Source of the DNA: an uncultured Bacteriovoracaceae bacterium
GTDB taxonomy: Bacteria > Bdellovibrionota > UBA2394
DNA length: 64,000 nt
Reading direction: 5' to 3'
NCBI GenBank assembly: GCA_964598565.1
Contig: CAZRCG010000009.1
Span: 1,943-65,942, forward strand
The notes beneath the pieces are model-generated. The model was not told the origin of the DNA. It ran no database searches and worked only from the letters and a program-made list of their open reading frames with translations. A program made the position numbers and the translations under genes. Shown in pieces: positions 9,409 to 17,616 of the stretch. Numbering within the stretch: the first letter of the stretch is position 1; every line of letters starts with the position of its first letter.

Positions 9409-10974
9409 TCAACTCAAAGCGATCAAAGCATCTCGAGCTACAAGTCGATCGTCGAAAGGCTTTTTCTCACGACCCACAATCTGATAGGTCTCGTGTCCCT
9501 TACCTGCAATGAGCACAATATCGCCATCATTCGCACTTTGAACCGCTCGCTCTATGGCGCGCCGACGGTCAACCTCCACCACCAAAGGCTTAATGCGTTG
9601 AATGCCGGCCAAAATCTCTCGAACAATCAATTCAGGATCTTCCGTACGAGGATTGTCCGATGTCACATAGACCTCATCGGCATAGAGCTCCGCAATCGAA
9701 CCCATTTTAGGTCGCTTTGAACGATCTCGATCACCCCCGCAACCAAAGACAACCCTCAATTTTCCTTTCACCAGCGGTCTTAACGTGCGAAGCACATTCT
9801 CGAGTGCATCGGCGGTATGGGCGTAATCGACCAAAACGGTTTTTCCTACAGCCGTCTTTTTATTCGCTGTCGATTCTTGCAACATTTCCACTCGCTCAAG
9901 CCGACCAGGTATGGAAGGCACCGCGTCCAAGGCCCGTTGTATCGTCTTCGCAGATTGTTTAAGCGCATGGCCCATCGCCACCAGCCCCATCATATTTTCA
10001 ATATTGTGACGCCCCAGCAGCGCTGACCGATAATTTTCTCCATTGGACAATCGCCACTCACTGCCTTCCACCGTCGTTTTCCATTCAATCACATTGAGAT
10101 GCTCTCGAATCGACACGCTCTTCGAAAGCGCCGCCGGCTTTAAGGCGGGAGTCCCCTGAAAGGCCCATGTGATAAGAGACAAACCAGGTAAAACAGAAAG
10201 CTCTTCGCTCAGTCGCCACCCATAGGTCGCATCGATAGGCACGATGGCCCAGCGCTCTTTTTTGGGACTTGCCAGCAGCAATTCACTAAAAAGTTTCTTC
10301 TTCGCTTCAAAATACTTTTCCATGGTGCCGTGATAATCTAAATGCTCCGCTGTTAAGTTGGTAAAAATAGCCACGTCGAGCGATAGACCCAAGAGTCGCC
10401 TCTGATCGAGCGCATGCGAAGATGCTTCAAATACAAAGGCATTTGCCCCCTGCGCACAAAAATTATTAAAGAGCTTTTGAAAGACCGTAAAATCTGGCGT
10501 CGTCAACGACGACGAAAGACGCTGCGTTCCAAAAACTGCTTCGATCGTTCCGATACGGCCGGGATTAAGGCCCATTTCTTTTAGAAGTGCCTCCACTAAA
10601 AATGTCGTTGTTGTTTTACCGTTCGTGCCAGTGACTGCCACCGTGAGTACCTTACGTGTCGGGTCTCCATAAAAATCTCTTATCGCCAACGCCATGGCTT
10701 TCGTCGTATCGGTTACCTGAATAATAGGACAGGCCGGCTCAAAACCTTCCGGAATTTTCTCAATCACAAAAGCCACAATCGAGGGATGGTCTTGAATCGA
10801 ATTTAGAAATTCGTGACCATCGGCACTGGCCCCACGCCGCGCAAAAAATAAAACTCTTTTAGATTTATCCAAGCTTTCAAGTTGTCGGGTATCGGCGGTT
10901 AGCTCGTCAAAGTCAGTAAGCAATTCTCCCGACAACCAAAGGTTATGCTGTTTCAGAACTTCTAGAAAACCCAT
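9409..10974 (-). CDS. murE: UDP-MurNAc-tripeptide synthetase MurE (meso-DAP type)
   Basis: VTGTNGKTT, LTTPD, DYAHT, FGCGGDRD, the DAP-specificity motif DNPR, and AGKGHE. Confidence 0.96.
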   Translation of the reverse strand: MGFLEVLKQHNLWLSGELLTDFDELTADTRQLESLDKSKRVLFFARRGASADGHEFLNSIQDHPSIVAFVIEKIPEGFEPACPIIQVTDTTKAMALAIRDFYGDPTRKVLTVAVTGTNGKTTTTFLVEALLKEMGLNPGRIGTIEAVFGTQRLSSSLTTPDFTVFQKLFNNFCAQGANAFVFEASSHALDQRRLLGLSLDVAIFTNLTAEHLDYHGTMEKYFEAKKKLFSELLLASPKKERWAIVPIDATYGWRLSEELSVLPGLSLITWAFQGTPALKPAALSKSVSIREHLNVIEWKTTVEGSEWRLSNGENYRSALLGRHNIENMMGLVAMGHALKQSAKTIQRALDAVPSIPGRLERVEMLQESTANKKTAVGKTVLVDYAHTADALENVLRTLRPLVKGKLRVVFGCGGDRDRSKRPKMGSIAELYADEVYVTSDNPRTEDPELIVREILAGIQRIKPLVVEVDRRRAIERAVQSANDGDIVLIAGKGHETYQIVGREKKPFDDRLVARDALIALS

Positions 10975-10995
10975 GCCCTCAAACTAACTGACGCT

Positions 10996-12933
10996 CTACT
11001 TGAAGTAAACCTTGACCCGCTGATCGGAGGTTAACTCCTCACGCACGGCTGTACCAAAACCAATAAGGTCAAATCTCTGGCGTTCATCATCGGGAAGGCC
11101 ACGAACCTCTCTAAAAACTTCTTCAAAACTTCGTCCTATAAAACGCGAATCGCCATGAGGCACCGTTCGAACGGCCGCCGTCTCGGCATCAGACTCAGGA
11201 GTAATGCCTAGCACGCCAAGGGCGCGCGAGGCAATTCGTCGAAACGAGGGCGCCGCCACACTACCACCAGACGCCCGACCCTGGGGATCATCATAAAGAA
11301 CCAACAAAACAAAGGTAGGATCATACGCCGGCACATAGCCCACGAAACTGACGATCGATGATGTCGCCGAATAGCGTTTGATCATTTTACCACCTCGACC
11401 GGGAACATCGACCAGCTTCTGAGAGGTTCCGGTCTTTCCCGCAATTTGATAACCGGGGATTGAGGCCTGAGCGCCAGTAGCTCCGCGTTCAGTCACTTGC
11501 ACCAACATATCGGTGAGCATGCGAGCCTGATCGGCCGACAGTATTTCGCGAGTTTCAAGATTTGGTTTCCACAAGATATCGCTCTTGGTAGCGGTTCCTC
11601 CAGGGCCTACAATCTTCGAGACCAAATGAGGTGTCACCAAGTAGCCCCCGTTGGCCACGGCGGCAATCGCACGAACCAATTGAATGGCCGTCACGGCGAC
11701 ACCCTGTCCAAAGGCAATATTAGATAACTCGATGGGTCTCCACGACGAGGGATCTCGCATCAAGCCCGACGCCTCACCCGGAATATCAATTCCTGATCGA
11801 GAGCCAAATCCAAATTTCGAAATCGTCGAATGAAAGTTGTTTGCGCCCAACTTTAATCCAATTTTTGCAGACGCAATATTGGACGATACTTCCAATAAAT
11901 CTTGCAGGCTTAACCAACCATATTTTTTCTGATGAAATTCTCGAATTCGATGATTCCCCACCCGAAACTGTCCATTTTCTCCAAAAATTTGTGATTGAGG
12001 CGTCATCTTCAGATGCTCGATGGCGGCTGCCGATAATATAATTTTAAAGGTGGATCCAGGCTCGTAAACATCGGCCACAGGGCGAATACGATTAAAGTCG
12101 CTCTTTTGACGAGGGCCATCGCGAGATGCCATAGCCCAAATCTCACCCGTCTTTGGGTCCATCATGATGGCCTGCGCGCTCAAAGGATCTTTTTCTTTGA
12201 TCACTCGATCGAGCTCGTCTTCCACGAGACGTTGCAAGCGAAGATCGAGCGTGGTCTCCACACGACGGGTCTCAAACCATTCTTGATCGTAATCATCAAA
12301 GAGAAGAAGTCGACCCAAGGCATCTCGAATACCGCGCACTCGCACCCGATCGGCCGATCGCAGGTGGGAGTCATAGGTTTTTTCTAGCCCTTCAAGACCC
12401 GTCCCATCCACACCTGCCGTACCAATCAGCGGCTTGGCCAAAGATCCGTGGGGATAAACACGCTTACTTTCTTTTCGAGCATAAATGCCATCTAAAGAAA
12501 GAGCATCGATGCGCTTGGCTGTTTCATCGTCGACCTCTCGCTTCAACCAGACAAAATATTTGTCTTGAGACAACAAGTTCGTCAGTTTAGCAACAGACAT
12601 TTTCAACAGGGGCGCAAGCTTCTGTGCCGTCTTTTCGGGATGCGCGATCACTCTTGGATTAGCAAAATAACTCTTTTCAATGACCGATATCGCCAACTCC
12701 CGACCGATACGATCGACAACAGGGCCCCGGCTTGTCACACGCTCAAACGACTGGCTCTGCTGACTCATTCTTTCTTTGCCTGAGGCAAGCTTCACCAACC
12801 GTGGGTCAGGCATCACCTGAAACTGAATCGCACGAACCATCACGAAGGCAAAACCGATGGTCAAAAGACTCACAACAAAAAAGAGGCGGCCCTTTGATTT
12901 GACGCCTGGCAAAGTTCTCGGGTTTTGCCTCAT
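10996..12933 (-). CDS. ftsI: Class B penicillin-binding protein FtsI/PBP3
   Basis: N-terminal TM, RGPVVDR, EPGSTFK (SxxK), SSN (SxN) and KTGT. Confidence 0.95.
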   Translation of the reverse strand: MRQNPRTLPGVKSKGRLFFVVSLLTIGFAFVMVRAIQFQVMPDPRLVKLASGKERMSQQSQSFERVTSRGPVVDRIGRELAISVIEKSYFANPRVIAHPEKTAQKLAPLLKMSVAKLTNLLSQDKYFVWLKREVDDETAKRIDALSLDGIYARKESKRVYPHGSLAKPLIGTAGVDGTGLEGLEKTYDSHLRSADRVRVRGIRDALGRLLLFDDYDQEWFETRRVETTLDLRLQRLVEDELDRVIKEKDPLSAQAIMMDPKTGEIWAMASRDGPRQKSDFNRIRPVADVYEPGSTFKIILSAAAIEHLKMTPQSQIFGENGQFRVGNHRIREFHQKKYGWLSLQDLLEVSSNIASAKIGLKLGANNFHSTISKFGFGSRSGIDIPGEASGLMRDPSSWRPIELSNIAFGQGVAVTAIQLVRAIAAVANGGYLVTPHLVSKIVGPGGTATKSDILWKPNLETREILSADQARMLTDMLVQVTERGATGAQASIPGYQIAGKTGTSQKLVDVPGRGGKMIKRYSATSSIVSFVGYVPAYDPTFVLLVLYDDPQGRASGGSVAAPSFRRIASRALGVLGITPESDAETAAVRTVPHGDSRFIGRSFEEVFREVRGLPDDERQRFDLIGFGTAVREELTSDQRVKVYFK

Positions 12934-13205
12934 GGGACAATCACCACTTGATCAGGAGACGGCTCATCATAACCACGCTCTTTCCAGAATCCTCGAAAAG
13001 AAGCGTCCGCCAGCCGTTTACTGATTTCGGCCTGCAGTCGCAGCTGCTCTTCCCTCGCCTCACGTTCAGCCGTTTTCACCTGCTCAAATTGATAAGCCAA
13101 TGATGTGATTTCCAATCGAATCACCATCATCGACGTCCAATACGCCAGCAAGGCCAAAGCTATGACCAGAAAAATGGCCCTAATACCGAAGCGACGCTTG
13201 TTCAC
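12930..13205 (-). CDS. ftsL: Cell division protein FtsL-like
   Basis: Single TM plus coiled coil; 4-bp overlap with ftsI. Confidence 0.75.
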   Translation of the reverse strand: MNKRRFGIRAIFLVIALALLAYWTSMMVIRLEITSLAYQFEQVKTAEREAREEQLRLQAEISKRLADASFRGFWKERGYDEPSPDQVVIVP

Positions 13206-13381
13206 CTGATTTCATCCCCCCAAAAGATCATTCTATCGGGGCCCCCTGATCCGGCAAAGACAAATCGAGCTCCTACACTCGCTTTGGGTGTTCCGGGGGC
13301 AGCCCCCAGTTTAAGGCACAGTACCTTGCAAAAATCTGAGAAAACGATTTTAATTTGCTGAGTCATGGTAAGTTCCCAGTC

Positions 13382-13470
13382 GAGCGCCTCGCTCTAGCCA
13401 ACACAGTGCTAGATCGATGGGGCTCAGACGTGACATAGATTTTGTATACCTGGGTTCGGTAGCTCAGTTG
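13382..13470 (+). repeat. Copy 1 of an ~89-bp direct repeat (tRNA leader plus first 18 nt of tRNA-Met)
   Basis: Matches 13500-13587 except for a loop difference (ACAGT vs AAAC) and one substitution; ends in GGTTCGGTAGCTCAGTTG. Confidence 0.9.
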
Positions 13471-13499
13471 TCTCACCGCAGGTGAGCCAAGAAACCAGA

Positions 13500-13587
13500 G
13501 AGCGCCTCGCTCTAGCCAACAAACGCTAGATCGATGGGGCTCAGACGTGACATAGATTTTGTATGCCTGGGTTCGGTAGCTCAGTTG
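13500..13587 (+). repeat. Copy 2 of the ~89-bp direct repeat, running into the intact tRNA
   Basis: Direct alignment with 13382-13470. Confidence 0.9.
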
Positions 13588-13646
13588 GCTAGAGCGAGGG
13601 ATTCATAACCCCTAGGTCGGCAGTTCGATCCTGCCCCGAACCACCA
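13570..13646 (+). tRNA. tRNA-Met(CAT), probably elongator
   Basis: Cloverleaf: GGTTCGG/CCGAACC acceptor stem, GCTC/GAGC D-stem, TTCATAA anticodon loop, GGCAG-TTCGATC-CTGCC T-arm, encoded CCA. G1-C72 is paired, so not the initiator; Ile2 is not fully excluded. Confidence 0.93.
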
Positions 13647-13722
13647 TTTATTCGGCCCGCAGGGCCGATAAAATGAACCAGTAAGGCGTTTATACGGCTT
13701 TTTATGTTTTTGGGACCCCTTC

Positions 13723-13743
13723 GTTGCCACACCGTTGCCACAC
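13723..13743 (+). repeat. Island A left arm-type repeat (GTTGCCACAC)C(GTTGCCACAC)
   Basis: 10-mer tandem with 11-bp period; recurs at 17249-17269. Confidence 0.75.
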
Positions 13744-13877
13744 ATGAAACAGAAATCTGCCTCACCACGCGGAAAAAGTGGGGTGGAAAATCCAAAAACT
13801 TGGGTCAAAAAATGGATGGATTTCGGAGTGTTTTTAAGAATGAGTCCTGATGAATTTAGGCGCTTTTAGTGCCTTCG

Positions 13878-14640
13878 TTAAACAGAGTGAACTAGCTTGA
13901 GATGTGAATGTTTTGAATAGCAATCCAAAGCCGACTGTGGATTCTGTTGTAAGCCAGCTTGAAGTTCCGGTGGAGCCTTCAAAGGCGGGCTCTCATTCTT
14001 CGGACTTAGCGAAAAAATGCGGGCTGTATGCCGTAAGTCATGAAATCGAATAGAGCGTCTCCCCCATTCAAGAAGATCTGGTTTAAACATCCGAAACACA
14101 AAGTTATCATGTCCCACTGGATTTCCGTTCGAAGCTTGAAATATTGTTTCGTCGGCCGCGATCTTTTTCTGACGAATCAGATCCTTTAGCTCTTCAAATA
14201 ATTCTCGATTGCATGGAATACGGCGATTCTCTTTGCCCTTCGTCGGGCGAAAGATGCGCTTTAGAATATCAAACTGGCGCTGAATATGAATCAGTTCGCC
14301 ATTTTCAATAATATCGCGCGGCTTTAAGCCCCAAATTTCGCCCGCTCGGGGGCCGGCATTCAGGGCCAAAAGATAAACAACATAAATCCATCGCTTCGAA
14401 CCTTCTCGAAGATATTTCTGATTTGCGAATGAAAGAAAGCCAATCGCATCTTCCTCTGTCAAACATTGAATATCATCTCTCGTTTCTTTCAGCTGTTTAA
14501 AGCGAGCAGTCGTGACTAAAAGGAATCCGCAGTTGCTTCGCAGAAAAATTGAGAACGGAAGTGATGACATTCATTTTTCGGTTCACAGTGGAAGGGCGGA
14601 TGCCCTGAGCCAGGAACTCCGACCGGATGGTCGTCAGAAA
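13878..14640 (-). pseudogene. Tyrosine integrase pseudogene (island A)
   Basis: LNAGPRAGEI, PTKGK and FHDLRHTA motifs. Lacks the 41-aa His/Tyr segment present in the island B integrase. Frameshift near 14513 separates it from a core-binding remnant (IRPSTVNRKMNVITSVLNF). 5' end absent; upstream boundary approximate. Confidence 0.85.
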
Positions 14641-15278
14641 GCCTGGATGAAATCTATTGGGACAAAGACTGCCATATTCAGGCTTTCGGGCCAATATTCG
14701 AACAGAATTCTGTGTGGTAATAAGTGGAAACGTCAGTGTGAGAGTGGTGCCAGTGCCGTCGGTGGATTGAATTTGAAGATCGCCCTCGCACTTCGCCATG
14801 ACACGCCTCGCATGCGATAGACCCAAGCCCTCGCCATGCGGAGTCCCATAAGACCCGCCCTCAGCAAGTACCTTCTGTAAAATATCGGCGCTCATTCCAG
14901 CGCCATTGTCTCCAATCTCGATCTGAATCCGATTCGTTCCCATTGGAGCAAAAGCCTTTATACCAATGGATCCAGAGCAATTCTTTCTCAGAATAGCTGA
15001 AATCGAATTGTCGATAATATTTGAGAGAACTCGAGAGAAAGTCACAGGCGATAGCGGAACAGCGACATCTGATTCCAGTGAGTTAAGTTCGGTTTTGATT
15101 TCAATTCCTGGATGATCGGCCAGTGTCGCTCGTTTTTCTTCATCCAGAGAGAGATAGCTTCCTTGAGAGCCGTGGAGCCACGGACATCTTCTGGCTTGGT
15201 TGCGCGGCCCAGACGTAAGTCTTGAGTGATTTGTTCAATGCGATCGACCACATATTTGATCATCGAATTTTTCTTCAT
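14640..15278 (-). pseudogene. Histidine kinase fragment (HATPase_c) fused to the integrase remnant
   Basis: SNIIDNS (N box), IGDNGAGM (G1), GEGLGLS (G2), GTGTTLTLTFP. The upstream frame joins only after a shift in the AGAGAGAGA run at 15146-15154. Boundaries approximate. Confidence 0.7.
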
Positions 15279-15543
15279 CTCCGAGATCTTCGAAGAGTTT
15301 CGATCTTTTCTGAACGGCCCAAATTGTTCGTAAGCGCTACATGACTGAACCGACTTTTCGTAAAAAGATCACTGCCGCAGCGAAGAAGACGATAGTGGAA
15401 CGAGTGAAGTTTCTGTCAAAAAAGGCCCGACTTCAGAAGCTACATAATTAAGAGATAGAGATTAAACAGGCCTGCTTTCTTCAAAAAGTGGGATCGATCG
15501 GGGGCTTGACCTATGTTTCTGAAATATCCATATTTTGAGCTAC

Positions 15544-15578
15544 TTGTTTGTAACAAAAAATAGTATATAATTGTTACA
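15544..15578 (+). promoter_or_regulatory. Sigma70 promoter with overlapping inverted-repeat operator for the island A TA operon
   Basis: TTGTTT (15544-49), 16 bp, TATAAT (15566-71); inverted repeat TGTAACAA (15549-56) / TTGTTACA (15571-78); ATG at 15581. Confidence 0.6.
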
Positions 15579-15580
15579 TA

Positions 15581-16198
15581 ATGACTAGCATCGAAGCACC
15601 TAAAACTATTGAAATGACTATATTAAGTCGAATATATGGCCATGGTAGGGGTTGGTGCTTTACCCCGGGCGACTTTACGGACCTTGGCTCTTCAGAGAGC
15701 ATACGCATTTCGCTTCATCGCCTCACGAAGAAAGAGACCATACGTCGCATTAGCCATGGATTTTATGATTATCCCATCCGTCACGAAAAACTGGGGATCC
15801 TTCCCCCAAGCCCTGAAGCTATCTCTGATGCCGTGGCAAGAAGAGATCATATTCGAATTCAACCTTCAGGGGCATATGTAGCAAACTTACTGGGTCTTAC
15901 AGAACAGGTGCCAGCCAAGATAACATTTATTACAGAGGGAGCTTCAAAAACGCTCGAGGTTGGTGGCTATCGGATGGTTCTCAAGAAAACAACACCGAAG
16001 AATATGGCTCTTTCTGGACGAGTGTCTGGTCATGTTGTGCAAGCTCTCAAGTATTTTGGAAAGAATCGTATATCCCCCAATCACATCTCCCGCCTTAAAC
16101 GTCGATTGAGGCGCGAGGATAAAGACATTCTCATTCGGGACGCTGCACTGACTCCTGCGTGGATCGCGAAATTAATTCGAAATGAGATTGCGAGGTAA
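15581..16198 (+). CDS. DUF6088/AbiEi-like type IV antitoxin
   Basis: N-terminal wHTH (FTPGDFTDLGSSESIRISLHRL...RRISHGFYDYP), PSGAYVANLLGLTEQVPA; directly upstream of an AbiEii gene. Confidence 0.85.
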   Translation: MTSIEAPKTIEMTILSRIYGHGRGWCFTPGDFTDLGSSESIRISLHRLTKKETIRRISHGFYDYPIRHEKLGILPPSPEAISDAVARRDHIRIQPSGAYVANLLGLTEQVPAKITFITEGASKTLEVGGYRMVLKKTTPKNMALSGRVSGHVVQALKYFGKNRISPNHISRLKRRLRREDKDILIRDAALTPAWIAKLIRNEIAR

Positions 16199-16201
16199 CT
16201 C

Positions 16202-17218
16202 GTGGACGAATTTGCCAACCTATCAGCCGACAAATTGAAGCCCTATTTTGCGATCGCTCGTGATCAAACCAAGCTTGATGACTTTATTATTGAAAAGGAT
16301 TTTTGGGTCTGTTGGATTTTGAAAAGACTTTTTGGTTTGGACGATCTCAAAGATCATCTAATATTCAAGGGGGGAACTTCTCTATCTAAGGCGTATGGGC
16401 TCATTCACCGATTTTCAGAAGATATTGACCTGTCCATCGATCGAACCTATCTCGGATTTGTTGATGAAAAAGACCCCGCGACGAAGAGTCGAGAGAAGCG
16501 AGAAAAATTATTAAAAGACTTACGCGATGCCACGCAAAAATTTGTCCGTAACGAACTATTCCAACAACTAAAGGACAATTTTTCAGATCACTTGCGTAAG
16601 GATCTTGATTGGGCTCTTACCGTAGATCCCGACGATCCTGACCAGCAAAGTCTTCTTTTTCGATACCCATCGATTGCTGCTCGAGGTGAGTTCGCCTATT
16701 TGAAGCAAGAGATCAAACTTGAATTCGGGTCTCGAGGAGAGCTGTGGCCGTCGAAAAAAAGAAAGGTAACTTCAATTCTCGCTGAAAAAATTCCCGACGC
16801 GATGAGTGAGCCTGAGATTGAAGTGACTACCCTCGACGCCGTAAGAACATTTTGGGAGAAAGCTACGATTCTACATAAACTTCATTATTGGCCAGCGGAC
16901 AAGGCTCTTCCCACTCATCACTCGCGTCACTACTACGATATCTATTGTATTCTTGGAGCAAGGGACCCGAGCGAGTTTTTCGAATCCGTCGAGCTTCTCG
17001 AAAAAGTGGCCGAACATAAGCGTCTCTTCTTTCGATCAAGTGCCGCTCGATATGAGCTTGCAAAAAGGGGAACACTTCGATTGAAGCCTTCAGCTGCCAT
17101 CGCCAATATGCTTCACGGCGATTATGAAAGTATGTCGAACATGATTTTTGGAGAACCCCCTGCTTGGAGCGATATTGTTGAACGAATTGCATCATTCGAG
17201 GAAAGTTTTAATCATTGA
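16202..17218 (+). CDS. AbiEii/AbiGii-family nucleotidyltransferase toxin
   Basis: EKDFWVCWIL, FKGGTSLSKAYGLIHRFSEDIDL, RTFWEK and SRHYYDIY motifs. Confidence 0.92.
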   Translation: MDEFANLSADKLKPYFAIARDQTKLDDFIIEKDFWVCWILKRLFGLDDLKDHLIFKGGTSLSKAYGLIHRFSEDIDLSIDRTYLGFVDEKDPATKSREKREKLLKDLRDATQKFVRNELFQQLKDNFSDHLRKDLDWALTVDPDDPDQQSLLFRYPSIAARGEFAYLKQEIKLEFGSRGELWPSKKRKVTSILAEKIPDAMSEPEIEVTTLDAVRTFWEKATILHKLHYWPADKALPTHHSRHYYDIYCILGARDPSEFFESVELLEKVAEHKRLFFRSSAARYELAKRGTLRLKPSAAIANMLHGDYESMSNMIFGEPPAWSDIVERIASFEESFNH

Positions 17219-17248
17219 AAACAGTTGGAGATTCTATTTGGCCCTCTC

Positions 17249-17269
17249 ATTGCCACACCGTTGCCACAC
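17249..17269 (+). repeat. Island A right arm-type repeat (ATTGCCACAC)C(GTTGCCACAC)
   Basis: Same motif as 13723-13743 and also followed by TCTGCCTCAC. Confidence 0.75.
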
Positions 17270-17437
17270 ATTGGCCAGAAATTAACCGAATTCTGCCTCA
17301 CTACGCAGAACTAAAACAGTCGAACCGCCTCTCGGTTGATATTGATTATATTTTGTTACCAAGCCGTATAATCACGTTTTACGAGATCAAGAGGACCATT
17401 TGTTCGAGCACCCGAAACAAGAACGAAAAACACGACA

Positions 17438-17488
17438 GAGGGATTCATAACCCCTAGGTCGGCAGTTCGATCCTGCCCCGAACCACCA
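17438..17488 (+). repeat. att copy 1: 51-bp duplicate of the tRNA-Met 3' part
   Basis: Identical to 13596-13646, from the anticodon stem through CCA. Confidence 0.95.
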
Positions 17489-17533
17489 ACTTTACGCTGT
17501 TTCCAGACGGTTTTGGCGTTTGGGGAATGCGTC

Positions 17534-17554
17534 GATGGTACACCGATGGTACAC
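17534..17554 (+). repeat. Island B left arm-type repeat (GATGGTACAC)C(GATGGTACAC)
   Basis: 11-bp period; recurs at 20805-20825. Confidence 0.75.
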
Positions 17555-17616
17555 ATTTACCCGAAATAGACAGAATCGAACTCCAAAAAATTTTCTAAAG
17601 ATTGTGAAACTGAATT

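Larger units (their letters stand above)
13647..17488. mobile_element. tRNA-Met-integrated mini-island A (degenerate integrase plus AbiE TA)
   Basis: Bounded by the tRNA and a 51-bp identical tRNA 3' copy at 17438-17488; contains an integrase remnant and paired arm-type repeats. Confidence 0.85.

Noticed and set aside
13382-13646. Retron msr/msd or self-splicing intron explanation for the hairpins and inverted repeat
   Set aside because: No reverse transcriptase nearby and no group I/II core; too short
13581-13808. ORFs 13581-13808, 13589-13795 and 17356-17556
   Set aside because: Antisense translations across tRNA/att sequence; their shared peptide only reflects the DNA repeat
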